From IMG/VR virus record IMGVR_UViG_3300025016_000004: 64,000 nucleotides of DNA. The stretch is one strand, 5' to 3'. The notes under the pieces are model-generated. The model saw only the letters and a list, made by a program, of their open reading frames with translations, was not told where the DNA came from and searched no databases. The translations under genes were made by a program, and so were the position numbers. Below are positions 20,887-31,402 of this stretch, in pieces; positions within the stretch are counted from its first letter, which is position 1; each line of letters opens with the position of its first letter. Source of the DNA: a virus (Duplodnaviria > Caudoviricetes).

Positions 20887-21975
20887 ATGAGTAAACAAAT
20901 AGTTAAACAAGAATTAGATAAATTGATTGCTGAAGCTGCTGCTGCTGTTTCTGGTGAGAAAGTTACCAAAAGAGCACAAAACGTTAGCAAGACCCAAAAT
21001 AAAGCCTACTATAAAGATGTGGAAGGTAAAATGAAGGATTATGACAAAAATCTAAAACAAGAGGATGAAAACTCTATAAACCCAAATAAAAATAATTATG
21101 AAGGTTCTGAAAAAGAATACCATGACCAAATGGAAATTCGTAATGGTCAAGAAATGATTCAATATGATAGAGAGCCTAGTGAACAATTTAAAGATAGAGC
21201 TAAAAAATCTCTTGAAGGGGATTCTACTATGGGGAATAAAACCTATACTGGTAAAGAAAACGGTAACACTGAAGAAGTGTGGGGCGCATCTGGTGGAAAA
21301 CATATTGGTAAAGAAATTGTTAAAGCGGCTAAAGCATCAGCTAAAAAACGTGCTGAAGGGACACCACAATTTAACTCATTTGGTGATGATATAGAAAATA
21401 AACCAAAAGGTACAAATGTGCCAGTAAAAAAAATAGCAACAGAAGGTATGAAAAGAATTAAATTTAAAAAACCATTTAATGGTGTTGGAAACGCTTTAAA
21501 ACTTATCCCAGAAGCATTTAGAGTTGATAATAAACAATTTGAAATGACTGATGGTTCAGAAAGTTACAAAATTAAATGGCAAGGTTCATTAACTGAAGGT
21601 AGAGCTATTGTTTTAGAAGCTAATTCTTCTGATTTAATGAATGAAGGGTTTGCTAAAATAAAACATCTTATGGGATATAAATCTGAAAATACTTTAGGTA
21701 CTCCAACAGCTAATGAAAGAATCAATGAAAATAATCGTATTAAAACGGGAATTAGTCAAGGTTTCACCAATAAGATTGAAGAAATTGATGAAAACTGCGA
21801 GGAAATTGAAGGTCAAGTAGCACCAACAGTAACTAAAGATAAAATGCCACATGCTAACGCAGAAGGTGATATGGTTATGGCTGAATATGGTGGTGGTGGA
21901 TTACCATATGACACTGGATGGGATGATGAAGATGATTCAAATGAAAAACCATCTGAAGTAACGGATAAAAAATAA
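20887..21975 (+). CDS. Head-associated hypothetical protein
   Basis: LIAE/ATE/LMNE/INE motifs; shares a ~90-aa domain with the next ORF. Confidence 0.45.
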   Translation: MSKQIVKQELDKLIAEAAAAVSGEKVTKRAQNVSKTQNKAYYKDVEGKMKDYDKNLKQEDENSINPNKNNYEGSEKEYHDQMEIRNGQEMIQYDREPSEQFKDRAKKSLEGDSTMGNKTYTGKENGNTEEVWGASGGKHIGKEIVKAAKASAKKRAEGTPQFNSFGDDIENKPKGTNVPVKKIATEGMKRIKFKKPFNGVGNALKLIPEAFRVDNKQFEMTDGSESYKIKWQGSLTEGRAIVLEANSSDLMNEGFAKIKHLMGYKSENTLGTPTANERINENNRIKTGISQGFTNKIEEIDENCEEIEGQVAPTVTKDKMPHANAEGDMVMAEYGGGGLPYDTGWDDEDDSNEKPSEVTDKK

Positions 21976-21979
21976 AAAT

Positions 21980-22867
21980 ATGAAAAGAGTAACATTTAAA
22001 AAAGAATTTACGAATATCAACGAAGCTTTAACTAAAGTTCCAAATCAATTAAAAGAAGATAAGAATATCTTTGAAATAACTGATGGGAATAAAATTATTA
22101 AAGTTAGATGGGAAGGTACTTTAGAAGAAGGTAAAGCGGTAGCTTTAATAACTAAAGACAAACATCTTATAAACGAAGAAGTTTCTAAGATGAAAAATCT
22201 TATGGGCTTCAAACCTGAAAACACTATTGGAACTCATAAAGGTGACGGTAGAGTAATGGAAAATGATAAGTTCAAAGAATTATTATCAATTTCTAAAAAA
22301 AAAAGATTAACCGAAGATTCAGGTAAAATTGCTTTAGTTGATGAATCTGAGATTTTGGATGAAGGTCTTAAAAGTATCATAGCTGGTGTTATGATGTTGG
22401 TAGGTGCTATGGCATCAGGCCAAGAAGTTCCACCACAAAAAGTAGATACAGTTAAAATGGAGCTTTCAAGGTTATCCCCAGAACAAAAAAGTGTTATTGG
22501 TGATAAATTAACCCCAGAACAAAAAGAACAAATTAAAACTAAAACTGGTATTGAATTCACTGATGAATACATGGATGATACTTTTGCTTGGGAACCTAAA
22601 AAAGACGCATTTAAACATCAATCGGCACCAAAACTATATTTAGGTAAGTATGGTGATATTAAAGCTGCTAAAGTGACTAATATTGGCTCTAATGGTAACG
22701 GTGGATATGTTTATACAGTTCAAGTATCAGGGCCATATGCAAAAGACGCATTTAATAATGTAAGAAGTTATTTAGGTAAAAATAATAAAAATTTAGATAA
22801 TACGACAATAGAATTTGTTACTGACACTGGAAGTCCTTTTAATGGAAAAGAAATAGTTTATAATTAA
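21980..22867 (+). CDS. Head-associated hypothetical protein, paralogous N-terminal domain
   Basis: MKRVTFKKEF...FEITDG...WEGTLEEG...LMGFKPENTIG. Confidence 0.45.
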   Translation: MKRVTFKKEFTNINEALTKVPNQLKEDKNIFEITDGNKIIKVRWEGTLEEGKAVALITKDKHLINEEVSKMKNLMGFKPENTIGTHKGDGRVMENDKFKELLSISKKKRLTEDSGKIALVDESEILDEGLKSIIAGVMMLVGAMASGQEVPPQKVDTVKMELSRLSPEQKSVIGDKLTPEQKEQIKTKTGIEFTDEYMDDTFAWEPKKDAFKHQSAPKLYLGKYGDIKAAKVTNIGSNGNGGYVYTVQVSGPYAKDAFNNVRSYLGKNNKNLDNTTIEFVTDTGSPFNGKEIVYN

Positions 22868-22870
22868 TAT

Positions 22871-22894
22871 AAAAGCCCACTTAAGTGGGCTTTT
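22871..22894 (+). terminator. Intrinsic terminator
   Basis: aaaagcccac-ttaa-gtgggctttt. Confidence 0.75.
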
Positions 22895-22926
22895 ATATTA
22901 ATAGGATATTTATAATAAAAAAGGTT

Positions 22927-23394
22927 ATGACTGATAACGTAAATAAATTAATAAAGCATATGTCTAGACCACTATCTCTATTACAGATAGAATTAGTATA
23001 TGAAAGCAATCAAATTGTATATGAGAGAGCTGATTTATACCATGAATTTATATTAACTTTAGATGATTTAATTGAATCTACTTATTTAGGTCATGATATG
23101 ATGGATGAACAAGAAAGGTTAAATCATTTCAAATGGTGTTGGAATAAGACGTGTGATTTAATTAACACCAATGTTATTAAATTTAATAAAAATGATGAAG
23201 CATATATTTATTTTTTAGATTTATACTTTGATACGTTTTATAATGAATCTTCCATCAGTTATCTTGATGTTAAAATGTATTGGGATTTCATATTCAATTA
23301 TAAAATAGAAAAAACTCGTTCAGATATTGATAGATTCATAAAATTATATAAGATTTTTGAAAAATCCTATATAAATGCAATTTATTTGACATAA
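22927..23394 (+). CDS. Hypothetical protein
   Basis: ORF; ATG 22927 preferred over the track start. Confidence 0.55.
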   Translation: MTDNVNKLIKHMSRPLSLLQIELVYESNQIVYERADLYHEFILTLDDLIESTYLGHDMMDEQERLNHFKWCWNKTCDLINTNVIKFNKNDEAYIYFLDLYFDTFYNESSISYLDVKMYWDFIFNYKIEKTRSDIDRFIKLYKIFEKSYINAIYLT

Positions 23395-23443
23395 AAACAA
23401 GGTTTTCTATTTATTTATTCTTTTAATTTCATATATTAGTCGT

Positions 23444-23689
23444 ATGAGATTAAAAAACATAGTTTTAACGGATTTAATTAATGAACGTTTAGTTGCTTAC
23501 GAAGAACTAGAACGTGTCATGAATAGTAGAGATAGTATAGAGAATACCGTCAAAAAATCGAAACATTACTTAAGACAGATTGTTAGATTAAGTGCCATGA
23601 TTGAAGAGTGGCAGCAAATAAACCAACCAGAAAGTCAAATCGACTTTGTTAAACTGGCTGACCAATTAACACAACAAAAAGATGGATAA
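23444..23689 (+). CDS. Hypothetical protein
   Basis: 81-aa ORF. Confidence 0.55.
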   Translation: MRLKNIVLTDLINERLVAYEELERVMNSRDSIENTVKKSKHYLRQIVRLSAMIEEWQQINQPESQIDFVKLADQLTQQKDG

Positions 23690-23861
23690 TTTAGATGAAT
23701 TAAAAAATATGATAGACAATTTAGAGGTTGATTTACTTAAATTTTATAAAAAAGGAAATAAAGCAGCGTCAATAAGGGCTAGAAAAACTTTACAAAATAT
23801 TAAGCAACAAGCCCAAGACATCAGGATGGATATATCACAAACTAGAAAATATAATAACTAA
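23682..23861 (+). CDS. Hc1/histone-H1-like nucleoid protein (59 aa, not in the track)
   Basis: KFYKKGNKAASIRARKTLQNIK matches the Bacteroidota Hc1-like family pattern. Confidence 0.75.
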   Translation: MDNLDELKNMIDNLEVDLLKFYKKGNKAASIRARKTLQNIKQQAQDIRMDISQTRKYNN

Positions 23862-24070
23862 TGATGATAGATGTTTTAAATAAAGTTTTATTGATGGTAT
23901 TCATATTATCAATATTAAACGTATTATGGCATGCATTCTTCTTCATTCAAGCGTATGTAAAGACTGAAAAAGAGAATAGTAAATATATTGTGTCACCACG
24001 TAGTTTACTTATATTAGGTTTATCAATAGCCTATGTGATTGCGTCAATAATAACAGGAATTAATTTATAA
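23861..24070 (+). CDS. Small 2-TM membrane protein
   Basis: Two hydrophobic segments. Confidence 0.55.
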   Translation: MMIDVLNKVLLMVFILSILNVLWHAFFFIQAYVKTEKENSKYIVSPRSLLILGLSIAYVIASIITGINL

Positions 24071-24072
24071 TA

Positions 24073-24789
24073 ATGGGAAATATAAACGATAGAGTAAAAG
24101 AATTAAACCCTCATGTTTTAAGTATTAGATTTACTAACGGATTAACGGTAGTGGATTGTGCTTTTAAACCCAATTGGGCCATACCTAAATCAGATATCGT
24201 TGGTAATGAAACAACACCTGATAAACCTAACTATTACATGTTGTACCCATTAAATGAAAAAGTTGGTATAGATGAAATATTAGATTATGTGGCGTATGTG
24301 ATTAATGTTAATATAGAAAGAGAGCTTAAAATTAAACTCTTACAAATTAAAATTACTGAATTGAAGAATATTTTCACCAAAAATTCATTAGAAAAGTGTA
24401 AATCAATTTTATTTACATTTAAAACTGATTTAGAAAGTGAGGAAGAGATTGATTTAAATGAAATGCCAATTTATAATGATAGACCAAGTGAGGGACCAAG
24501 TGAGGGTGTAAATAAGGGAATAAATGAGGGAATAAAGTCATCAGGTAAAATTGATGGTGATGTTCCTGTTCCTGAAGTAACAGAGATTTCACAACAAGAA
24601 ATCCTTAAGGAAAAGCATAATATCAACCCAGCTACGGCTAAATTTAATAATGAAACATTTGAATTACCACCTAAAACAAAAGAGGGTAAAATAGTTGTTG
24701 AGGAATTTATTGAACCTGAAGTTGTTTGTAAGTGTAACCCTAATGACCTTAATCAAGTTTGTCCAGCTTGTATAGACTCAAAATATTAA
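24073..24789 (+). CDS. Hypothetical protein with C-terminal CxC...CxxC
   Basis: 238-aa ORF. Confidence 0.55.
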   Translation: MGNINDRVKELNPHVLSIRFTNGLTVVDCAFKPNWAIPKSDIVGNETTPDKPNYYMLYPLNEKVGIDEILDYVAYVINVNIERELKIKLLQIKITELKNIFTKNSLEKCKSILFTFKTDLESEEEIDLNEMPIYNDRPSEGPSEGVNKGINEGIKSSGKIDGDVPVPEVTEISQQEILKEKHNINPATAKFNNETFELPPKTKEGKIVVEEFIEPEVVCKCNPNDLNQVCPACIDSKY

Positions 24790-24792
24790 GTT

Positions 24793-25095
24793 ATGAAATT
24801 ATTAGTAGTTTTATTATTTGCATATGGGATGTCCAACATAATGGTATTCTCATCAATTTTTGAAAAGTGGCGAAATTTTTGGACAAGAATATCACCTAAT
24901 TTTTTTGGTGAGTTATTTACTTGCATGATTTGTTTACCATTTTGGGTAGGTATATTACTATCACTTTTTGTATTTTCAGTATCATCCACGTATTTAGATA
25001 TTAATTCAACGATATTATCAGCTTTTGTTGATGCTTGTTTAACATCTGGTGGCGTATGGTTAATACATACATTACAAGAAAAGTTAGAAAAATGA
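24793..25095 (+). CDS. DUF1360-like membrane protein
   Basis: GELFTCMICLPFWVG. Confidence 0.55.
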   Translation: MKLLVVLLFAYGMSNIMVFSSIFEKWRNFWTRISPNFFGELFTCMICLPFWVGILLSLFVFSVSSTYLDINSTILSAFVDACLTSGGVWLIHTLQEKLEK

Positions 25096-25929
25096 AAAAT
25101 TATTTTTATAATGAAATAAAAAAAGAAGAAAACGGAATTAAATTAGAAAGAAGAAAAACTGATTTAAGTAAGGAGGCGTTTATTCAAGAAATAAAAAATG
25201 GTTTAGGTGAACAAATTAAGGCAAACCCTAATAAGGCTATAATCAACACTAAGCCAAAGGAAAATATATTTAAAAGGTTTTTCAAAAAATTAATGCAGAT
25301 ATTTTAAGATGAAACATGATATGACATATGAAAAATTAATACAGAGTGTTTCTGAAATCGTTAATAATAATTTAATACATAAAGAGGGGTTGGAGCTAAC
25401 GTATAAATTAAATACTCAAAATCATAAGAAATTAAGTGAACATTTCTTCTATAAAATTAACAGTGAAAATGATGATTATGAGTATGCTGAAGAATTTGAA
25501 GTTGAATTGGGAAATATAACAATAAAATTTATAATAAATGACGAAGTTTTATAAATGTGCGTTTTTCTCTTATTATATTGATAAGGGTATTAAATGGTTT
25601 AAAATTTTAGGTTTTAAATTATCATTTAAACACATCATAAATTATAAATTTAATACTGACAATCCTAAAGGTTTTATAATCGGTTGGTGGCTAATAACAA
25701 TAAATGAAAAATGAAAATTTAAGTAATGACAGAAAAAAAAGAAGAAGAAATAGTTTTATCTAGCGAAGAAAAACAATTTATTGAAATGCAAAGAAAAGAG
25801 GGTGAATTATTAGAAGTGTTTAAAAAAGAGTATACTGATTTAGTTAATAAAACAGGGTTTGCTTGGACAATAGATGTGACTTCACCACTAAACAACCTTA
25901 AACTTACCATCGGTAGAGTACAAAGATAA
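25092..25929 (+). CDS. Three small hypothetical ORFs (25092-25307, 25309-25554, 25726-25929)
   Basis: Co-oriented, AT-rich starts. Confidence 0.5.
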
Positions 25930-26027
25930 TAAAGTTTAGAAATTAATAAAAAACCATGGTAAAACATGGTTTTTTTTGTTTACTATTAATTTAATTTTTA
26001 GTATACTTGTTGTATAAATTAAATAAT

Positions 26028-26571
26028 ATGAAAATAGTAATAAAAGAAATGACGGAACTTGGTGATAAATTATTGGTTTACCAAACGACAGATACGAATC
26101 AACCAGTTAATTGCACTATCACTAATAAAGAAGATGTAAACGAAGTCATAGAATCAATTTCAAATAAAATAAAGTTAAGTGAGACATCACCAATTGTCAT
26201 GTCATACGTACTATACCATAAATACATTAAACAAGATGGAATCACAGAATAAAGAACAACCACTAATATTAGTGACGTATATGGATAGAATGGTCTTATC
26301 CGACCACGAATCCATGCAAATAATTTCAGAAAATCTTAAAGCTGCTTTAGAAGCTAAAGGTGTTAATGCTGTTACACTATTTGTACCAACAGAAACACGA
26401 GAACGCATTGAATGCATCAACCCTGTTATCGCAACGGAAGAACAAATCATCAAAATAAATAAATTAATAGCTGACATCGAAAAAGCATTCGATATCAAAC
26501 ATGATTTAACTGAAGAAGATGAAGATTATGAAGGGAGTGCGGTAAAGCCTTTTAAAAGTGATGAAAGTTAA
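26028..26571 (+). CDS. Two hypothetical ORFs (26028-26252, 26236-26571)
   Basis: Follow a promoter-like tagtatacttg. Confidence 0.5.
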
Positions 26572-27051
26572 AAAACAAGTGGTTTTGGGTTTCCAGTTAT
26601 TAATATTAACATTCACAATTTTGATAAGTTGTGGTACACGATGAAATATAACTCAACTATAAAATATAGCGGTAAAGTTTGGTCTCCAACTACTGATAAT
26701 GGGACTTGGGTGGCTTATAGAAATGGAACGCCATTTATAACAGGTAATTCTTCATGGACTCAATCAATAGAAGATGATAATTTTAGAGAACAAGTGGAAT
26801 GGGAATTAAACGCATTGGAAAAAGCTGATAAAATTGTGGTTTATATTGACCCTAAAACCAAATCACCAATCACACTTATGGAAATTGGCTTACATGCACA
26901 TTCAAATAAAATGTGTGTTTGTTGTCCAGAAGGTTTCTATAGAAAGGGCAATATAGATGTTGTTTGTAATAAGTACAACATACCAATGGTGGACGATGTT
27001 GATGGGTTGGTTAAATTCATATTAGATGGAAAAGATTCAAATTGTGGGTAG
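26572..27051 (+). CDS. Orphan C-intein fused to the C-terminal part of a nucleoside 2-deoxyribosyltransferase-like protein
   Basis: YSGKVWSPTTDNGTWVAYRNGTPFITGN|SSWTQ...EQVEWEL...KSPITLMEIG...CPEGFYRKGN. Confidence 0.7.
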   Translation, partial: KTSGFGFPVININIHNFDKLWYTMKYNSTIKYSGKVWSPTTDNGTWVAYRNGTPFITGNSSWTQSIEDDNFREQVEWELNALEKADKIVVYIDPKTKSPITLMEIGLHAHSNKMCVCCPEGFYRKGNIDVVCNKYNIPMVDDVDGLVKFILDGKDSNCG

Positions 27052-27075
27052 CTAAAATTTTTAGTAAATTAAAAG

Positions 27076-27222
27076 ATGTCTAAATTAGTTGAAGGTGAAG
27101 ATTATTATTTAACACCTGAAGGTTATAAATGCTTTACAGAAGCTTACCATTTAAAAAGGGGTTATTGTTGCAAGAGTGGTTGCAAACATTGCCCTTACGA
27201 TTATAATAAAAATGTAGAATAA
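27076..27222 (+). CDS. DUF5522-like Cys-rich small protein (48 aa, not in the track)
   Basis: EGEDYY...FTEAYHLKRGYCCKSGCKHCPY. Confidence 0.7.
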   Translation: MSKLVEGEDYYLTPEGYKCFTEAYHLKRGYCCKSGCKHCPYDYNKNVE

Positions 27223-27605
27223 TGAACACTGAAGAACTAAAAAGAATAGCTGATAAGTGGGGTGCTACGGGTTTTTTATCTGGTATACATAAGGAATTAA
27301 GTAAATCTATTGCCGAATTATTTGAATGTGAAGCTTCTTATTTATTAACTGACAACTATTATTATGTTTATATGGTTGAATGTTCAGATGGTACAATATA
27401 CACAGGAATCGCTAGGGACGTTTCTAAGCGCATTTCAGTACATAATAAAGGCAAAGGAGCTAAATACACTAAAACACGCTTACCAGTGACCTTAAAATGG
27501 CAGAAACTGTGTAGAGATAGGTCTATGGCAAGTAAATATGAATATAGAATCAAAAAACTGTCTAGAAAACAGAAATTAAAATTAATAGAAGAATATGGAA
27601 AATGA
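27222..27605 (+). CDS. GIY-YIG nuclease (YhbQ-like) with an N-terminal capsid-N-like extension
   Basis: YVYMVECSDGTIYTGI...HNKGKGAKYTKTR; N-terminal KWGATGFLSGI. Confidence 0.75.
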   Translation: MNTEELKRIADKWGATGFLSGIHKELSKSIAELFECEASYLLTDNYYYVYMVECSDGTIYTGIARDVSKRISVHNKGKGAKYTKTRLPVTLKWQKLCRDRSMASKYEYRIKKLSRKQKLKLIEEYGK

Positions 27606-27789
27606 ATTTAAGGTATTTTCAGGGTCATCGTTTACCCTTACAAGTGATTATACACACTATAAAATTAATGTGAATAATATTAAAACTATTGATGACGTTA
27701 AGCTTATTTTAAGTTATTTAGATATGACCTACTCACCAAAATCAAAAGAAGATTTTGAGAAGATGAAACATTTGTTAATAATTAATTAA
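27595..27789 (+). CDS. Hypothetical protein
   Basis: 64-aa ORF. Confidence 0.45.
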   Translation: MENEFKVFSGSSFTLTSDYTHYKINVNNIKTIDDVKLILSYLDMTYSPKSKEDFEKMKHLLIIN

Positions 27790-28008
27790 TAAAAATTTTG
27801 GTTTTTATCGATAAAATACGTATATTTGCTGTCTAACCGTAAATTATATCGATGAAAAACAAAGATTTTGATAAATTTAAGTATTTACTTAGGACTTCTT
27901 ATATCCATAATAAAAAATATAATAATATACCTGAATCTAGGTATACTAACGCTTGGGGTTTAATACTAATACCTTTAATTATTTTTATAAGTATTATATA
28001 TTATACTT

Positions 28009-28668
28009 TTAAGGTCTGGTTGTAGTTCTCCAAATTTTGGTATAATCCCAACCAGTTTTTTCGTGGATTAATTCATAATAATCACCAGCCATCTTTTTAT
28101 TAGCGGTACCCATAAAAAATAGATTTTTTATCTTATTATCTTTAGCGGCTTTTGATAGAGCATGATGAAGTCGTTGCGCATCCCGTTTACATTTACAAAT
28201 TACCATATCAAATTGGTCTTCAACATGAATAAGTAATTTATTATTTACAACAACCACTTGTTTGGTTTTTTTAGGGTCACCCATACCAACCATAAGTAAT
28301 TGTATAATATCTATGATAGTTTTTCTATCATTTCGTTTATCATAACCATAAACCCAGAATTCTTCTTCAACATCATAACTAGAATCATGTAATACAGTCC
28401 AAATACCAAAAATAGGTTTTTCATAGACTAATTTACCCATTCTATCTCTAATTAATCTAGGTTCATCAGTTTCATCATAATCTTTAACAACATATATTTT
28501 ATATTCTACAGGTATGATGCCGTTATAATTGATATATTCTTTTCTAAATAGTACATTGTTTTCCATTTTAATTTTATTAAAATTAAGGAAAGACGTTTGC
28601 TCTTTTTTACATTTATGAAGGGTTTTTTTATATTCCCCGTTTCTAGTTAAGATTACACGATATAGCAT
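28009..28668 (-). CDS. Hypothetical protein
   Basis: 219-aa ORF on the minus strand. Confidence 0.6.
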   Translation of the reverse strand: MLYRVILTRNGEYKKTLHKCKKEQTSFLNFNKIKMENNVLFRKEYINYNGIIPVEYKIYVVKDYDETDEPRLIRDRMGKLVYEKPIFGIWTVLHDSSYDVEEEFWVYGYDKRNDRKTIIDIIQLLMVGMGDPKKTKQVVVVNNKLLIHVEDQFDMVICKCKRDAQRLHHALSKAAKDNKIKNLFFMGTANKKMAGDYYELIHEKTGWDYTKIWRTTTRP

Positions 28669-28752
28669 ATGTTAAATATAAAGATAATATTTTAATAGTA
28701 AAGACTTGGTTTATAGGTTTTTTTTTAGTATATTTGCACATAAATGTAACTT

Positions 28753-29793
28753 ATGAGTAAAGACTTATATAAAATTCTGGAAATTGATAAAAATGCCAGC
28801 GAAAGTGATATTAAAAAAGCTTATCGTACTATGGCAAAAAAATACCATCCAGATAAGAATCCAGATAATAAAGAAGCTGAGCAAAAATTCAAAGACGTTG
28901 CTGAAGCTTATGAAGTATTGAGTGACCCTAATAAAAAAGCTAGGTATGATTCGATGGGTTATGATGCGTATAATGGTGGCCCTACTCAAAACCATGCGAA
29001 TCCCCATGATATGTTTGCAAATTTCTTCAACTCTATGCGAGAGCAACAAGAAAATGAACAACTTAAAAGGCAACACACCATTATTCAAAAAATAGCTTTG
29101 ACTATGGAAGAAGTTTATCATGGTGTGACCAAGAAATTTAAATATAAAAGGTCAGTTAAATGCGGTACTTGTAATGGTAAAGGTGGTGAGAATATAGTTA
29201 GATGTGAAGCGTGTAACGGGCAAGGCGTTCAATATAGAATTATACAAACTCAACTTGGTAGAATGCAAGAAACCATTTCATGTAATTCATGTAGTGGTCG
29301 AGGGTTTAAAATTGGTAAGACATGTAATTCATGTAGTGGTCAGGGTCTCGTTAGAGTAGATGAAATTTTAGAAGTTAAAATACCTCATAGTGTAATGCCT
29401 AACCAACATATAGTATCCCGTAATAAAGGTCATTATTATGCCGATAGAAGTGGTGAACGTTATGGTGATATGGTAATGTTAGTTGAAATAAATCAAGATA
29501 AGTACACAATTATTGAAGATTATGGTTTGATGTCTAAAGTTGATATACCATATGAAGTAATGGTATTGGGCGGTGAATTTACCTTTGATTCGGTAGATGG
29601 TTCTAAGGTAAAGGTACCAGTTTCTAAATTAAGTGATATAGGTCATAAATTAAAATTAAAGGGTAAAGGATTGAAAAACCCTAATCAAAGTGTAAGAGGG
29701 GACCAATACATTATGCTTGATTTAAAATTCCCTACAGAAATTACAGAAGAAGAAGAAAAATTACTTAATGAATTAAAAAAATTAAAGGGATAG
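28753..29793 (+). CDS. dnaJ: DnaJ chaperone
   Basis: HPD J-domain, four CxxCxGxG repeats, C-terminal domain. Confidence 0.92.
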   Translation: MSKDLYKILEIDKNASESDIKKAYRTMAKKYHPDKNPDNKEAEQKFKDVAEAYEVLSDPNKKARYDSMGYDAYNGGPTQNHANPHDMFANFFNSMREQQENEQLKRQHTIIQKIALTMEEVYHGVTKKFKYKRSVKCGTCNGKGGENIVRCEACNGQGVQYRIIQTQLGRMQETISCNSCSGRGFKIGKTCNSCSGQGLVRVDEILEVKIPHSVMPNQHIVSRNKGHYYADRSGERYGDMVMLVEINQDKYTIIEDYGLMSKVDIPYEVMVLGGEFTFDSVDGSKVKVPVSKLSDIGHKLKLKGKGLKNPNQSVRGDQYIMLDLKFPTEITEEEEKLLNELKKLKG

Positions 29794-29851
29794 CTTGTTT
29801 ATTCCCTTTTTTTTTAGTTATATTGCATATAAATTAATAAAAATAGATATT

Positions 29852-30283
29852 ATGGCAAAATGGGGAGAACCTTCAGATGAAACTTTTAAAAAAGTCACAG
29901 ATGTGTTAATTAGTACTGGGTTAGAAAACTTAGTAGACACTAAAATAATTTTAAATGATGACCAAAAAAAGGTTATAGTGGTTCAAAAAGAATCGGCAGT
30001 TAATAAATTCGCTTATGGTTATGATTTAAAACTAACCATAAATGAAATAATTTTTGATGGATTAACAGATATTCAACAAGTACAAATTATTGAAGAAGCG
30101 TTGGCTGGTACTTGGTATGATTTCGATAACGATAAGTTAGTTGTTAATGCACCTGATAAAGTTTACAGGTCATTCATTGAAAAATATGGGTGGGATGAAA
30201 CTGAAAAATTACGTGAGTCAGTTAAATCTTTATATGATAAAGAAAAAAATAACGGTGAAGACCCTAACGTAGATACTGAGTAA
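29852..30283 (+). CDS. Hypothetical protein (phage metallopeptidase-like fold, uncertain)
   Basis: ORF between dnaJ and clpP. Confidence 0.4.
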   Translation: MAKWGEPSDETFKKVTDVLISTGLENLVDTKIILNDDQKKVIVVQKESAVNKFAYGYDLKLTINEIIFDGLTDIQQVQIIEEALAGTWYDFDNDKLVVNAPDKVYRSFIEKYGWDETEKLRESVKSLYDKEKNNGEDPNVDTE

Positions 30284-30286
30284 TAT

Positions 30287-30991
30287 ATGGGATTAGATTT
30301 TTATAGTGAATTTAAAGATTATGCTATAAAGCATATGGGGATAAGTAGTATGCAATTACATTATTGGGAAAAAACTCAGAATAATATTTATGGTAATTGT
30401 ATGGTCACGGGTAGTATGACACCTATGGTATTAGAGGAAAGACCAATTAGGGTAAGCCAAATGTCAGTATTTGACAGACTTATGATGGATAGAATACTTT
30501 GGTTAGCTGGACCTGTTAATGATTTAATGAGCACAACAGTTCAAGCTCAACTTCTATTTTTAGAAAGCGTTGATAAAAATAAAGATATTACGATTTATGT
30601 AGATTCACCAGGTGGAAGCGTTAAGTCAGGATTATCAATGATTGATAACATGATGTTATGTGAAGCTGATATTAGAACAGTAAATACTGGTATGGCCGCT
30701 TCAATGGGTTCATTGTTGTTAGGTGCTGGAACTAAAGGTAAACGTAGTACGTTAAGATTTAGTAGAGTGATGTTACATCAAGTATCATCAGGTTATGAAG
30801 GTAATATTCAAGACATAGAAATTTCATTTCAAGAATCAAAAAAATACAATAAAACATTATTTGATTTATTAGGTGGTTTTTGTGATAAAGACCCTAAAAA
30901 AGTCATGGAAGATGCTAGTCGAGATTTATGGATGAATGCTGAAGAAGCCTTAACTTATGGAATAGTAGATGAAATAATTACTAAGAAATAA
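30287..30991 (+). CDS. clpP: ClpP protease subunit
   Basis: DSPGGSV, AASMGS (Ser), MLHQ (His), RDLWM (Asp). Confidence 0.92.
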   Translation: MGLDFYSEFKDYAIKHMGISSMQLHYWEKTQNNIYGNCMVTGSMTPMVLEERPIRVSQMSVFDRLMMDRILWLAGPVNDLMSTTVQAQLLFLESVDKNKDITIYVDSPGGSVKSGLSMIDNMMLCEADIRTVNTGMAASMGSLLLGAGTKGKRSTLRFSRVMLHQVSSGYEGNIQDIEISFQESKKYNKTLFDLLGGFCDKDPKKVMEDASRDLWMNAEEALTYGIVDEIITKK

Positions 30992-31344
30992 TGAACAAGA
31001 TAAATATTGTAAATAAAAGTAACCACGCCCCAACCGATAGAGATTTCTATGTAGGTCGGGGTTCGGCTTTTGGCAACCCTTTTACCAGTCAAAAAATAGA
31101 AAGGACTAAAGCTGAATTTCAAGCAAGTAGTAGGGAAGAAGCTATTGAAAAATATGAGACTTACTTAGAAGTGCAATTAAGATTAAAACAAAGAAATGTC
31201 ATCAATGGGCTTGAGAAAATGGTGGAGATGTTGAAAGAAGGTGATATTAATTTAGTATGTTATTGTGCACCAAAGAGATGTCATGCTGAAGTTATAAAAA
31301 ATAAAGTGATGGGGATGTTACTTAAAAATTTAATGCCAGAATAA
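30991..31344 (+). CDS. DUF4326-like protein
   Basis: YVGRGSAFGNPF...LVCYCAPKRCHAEVI. Confidence 0.75.
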   Translation: MNKINIVNKSNHAPTDRDFYVGRGSAFGNPFTSQKIERTKAEFQASSREEAIEKYETYLEVQLRLKQRNVINGLEKMVEMLKEGDINLVCYCAPKRCHAEVIKNKVMGMLLKNLMPE

Positions 31345-31402
31345 TTTGGTGTTTTAAAAAAATCTGTATATTTAAATTATACAAACGTTCTTTAACATAA
31401 TG

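Noticed and set aside
26561-26644. Lipoprotein-signal-like peptide MKVKKQ...LISCGTR in an alternate frame
   Set aside because: It stops three codons after the Cys and overlaps the intein-like frame; probably chance in AT-rich DNA
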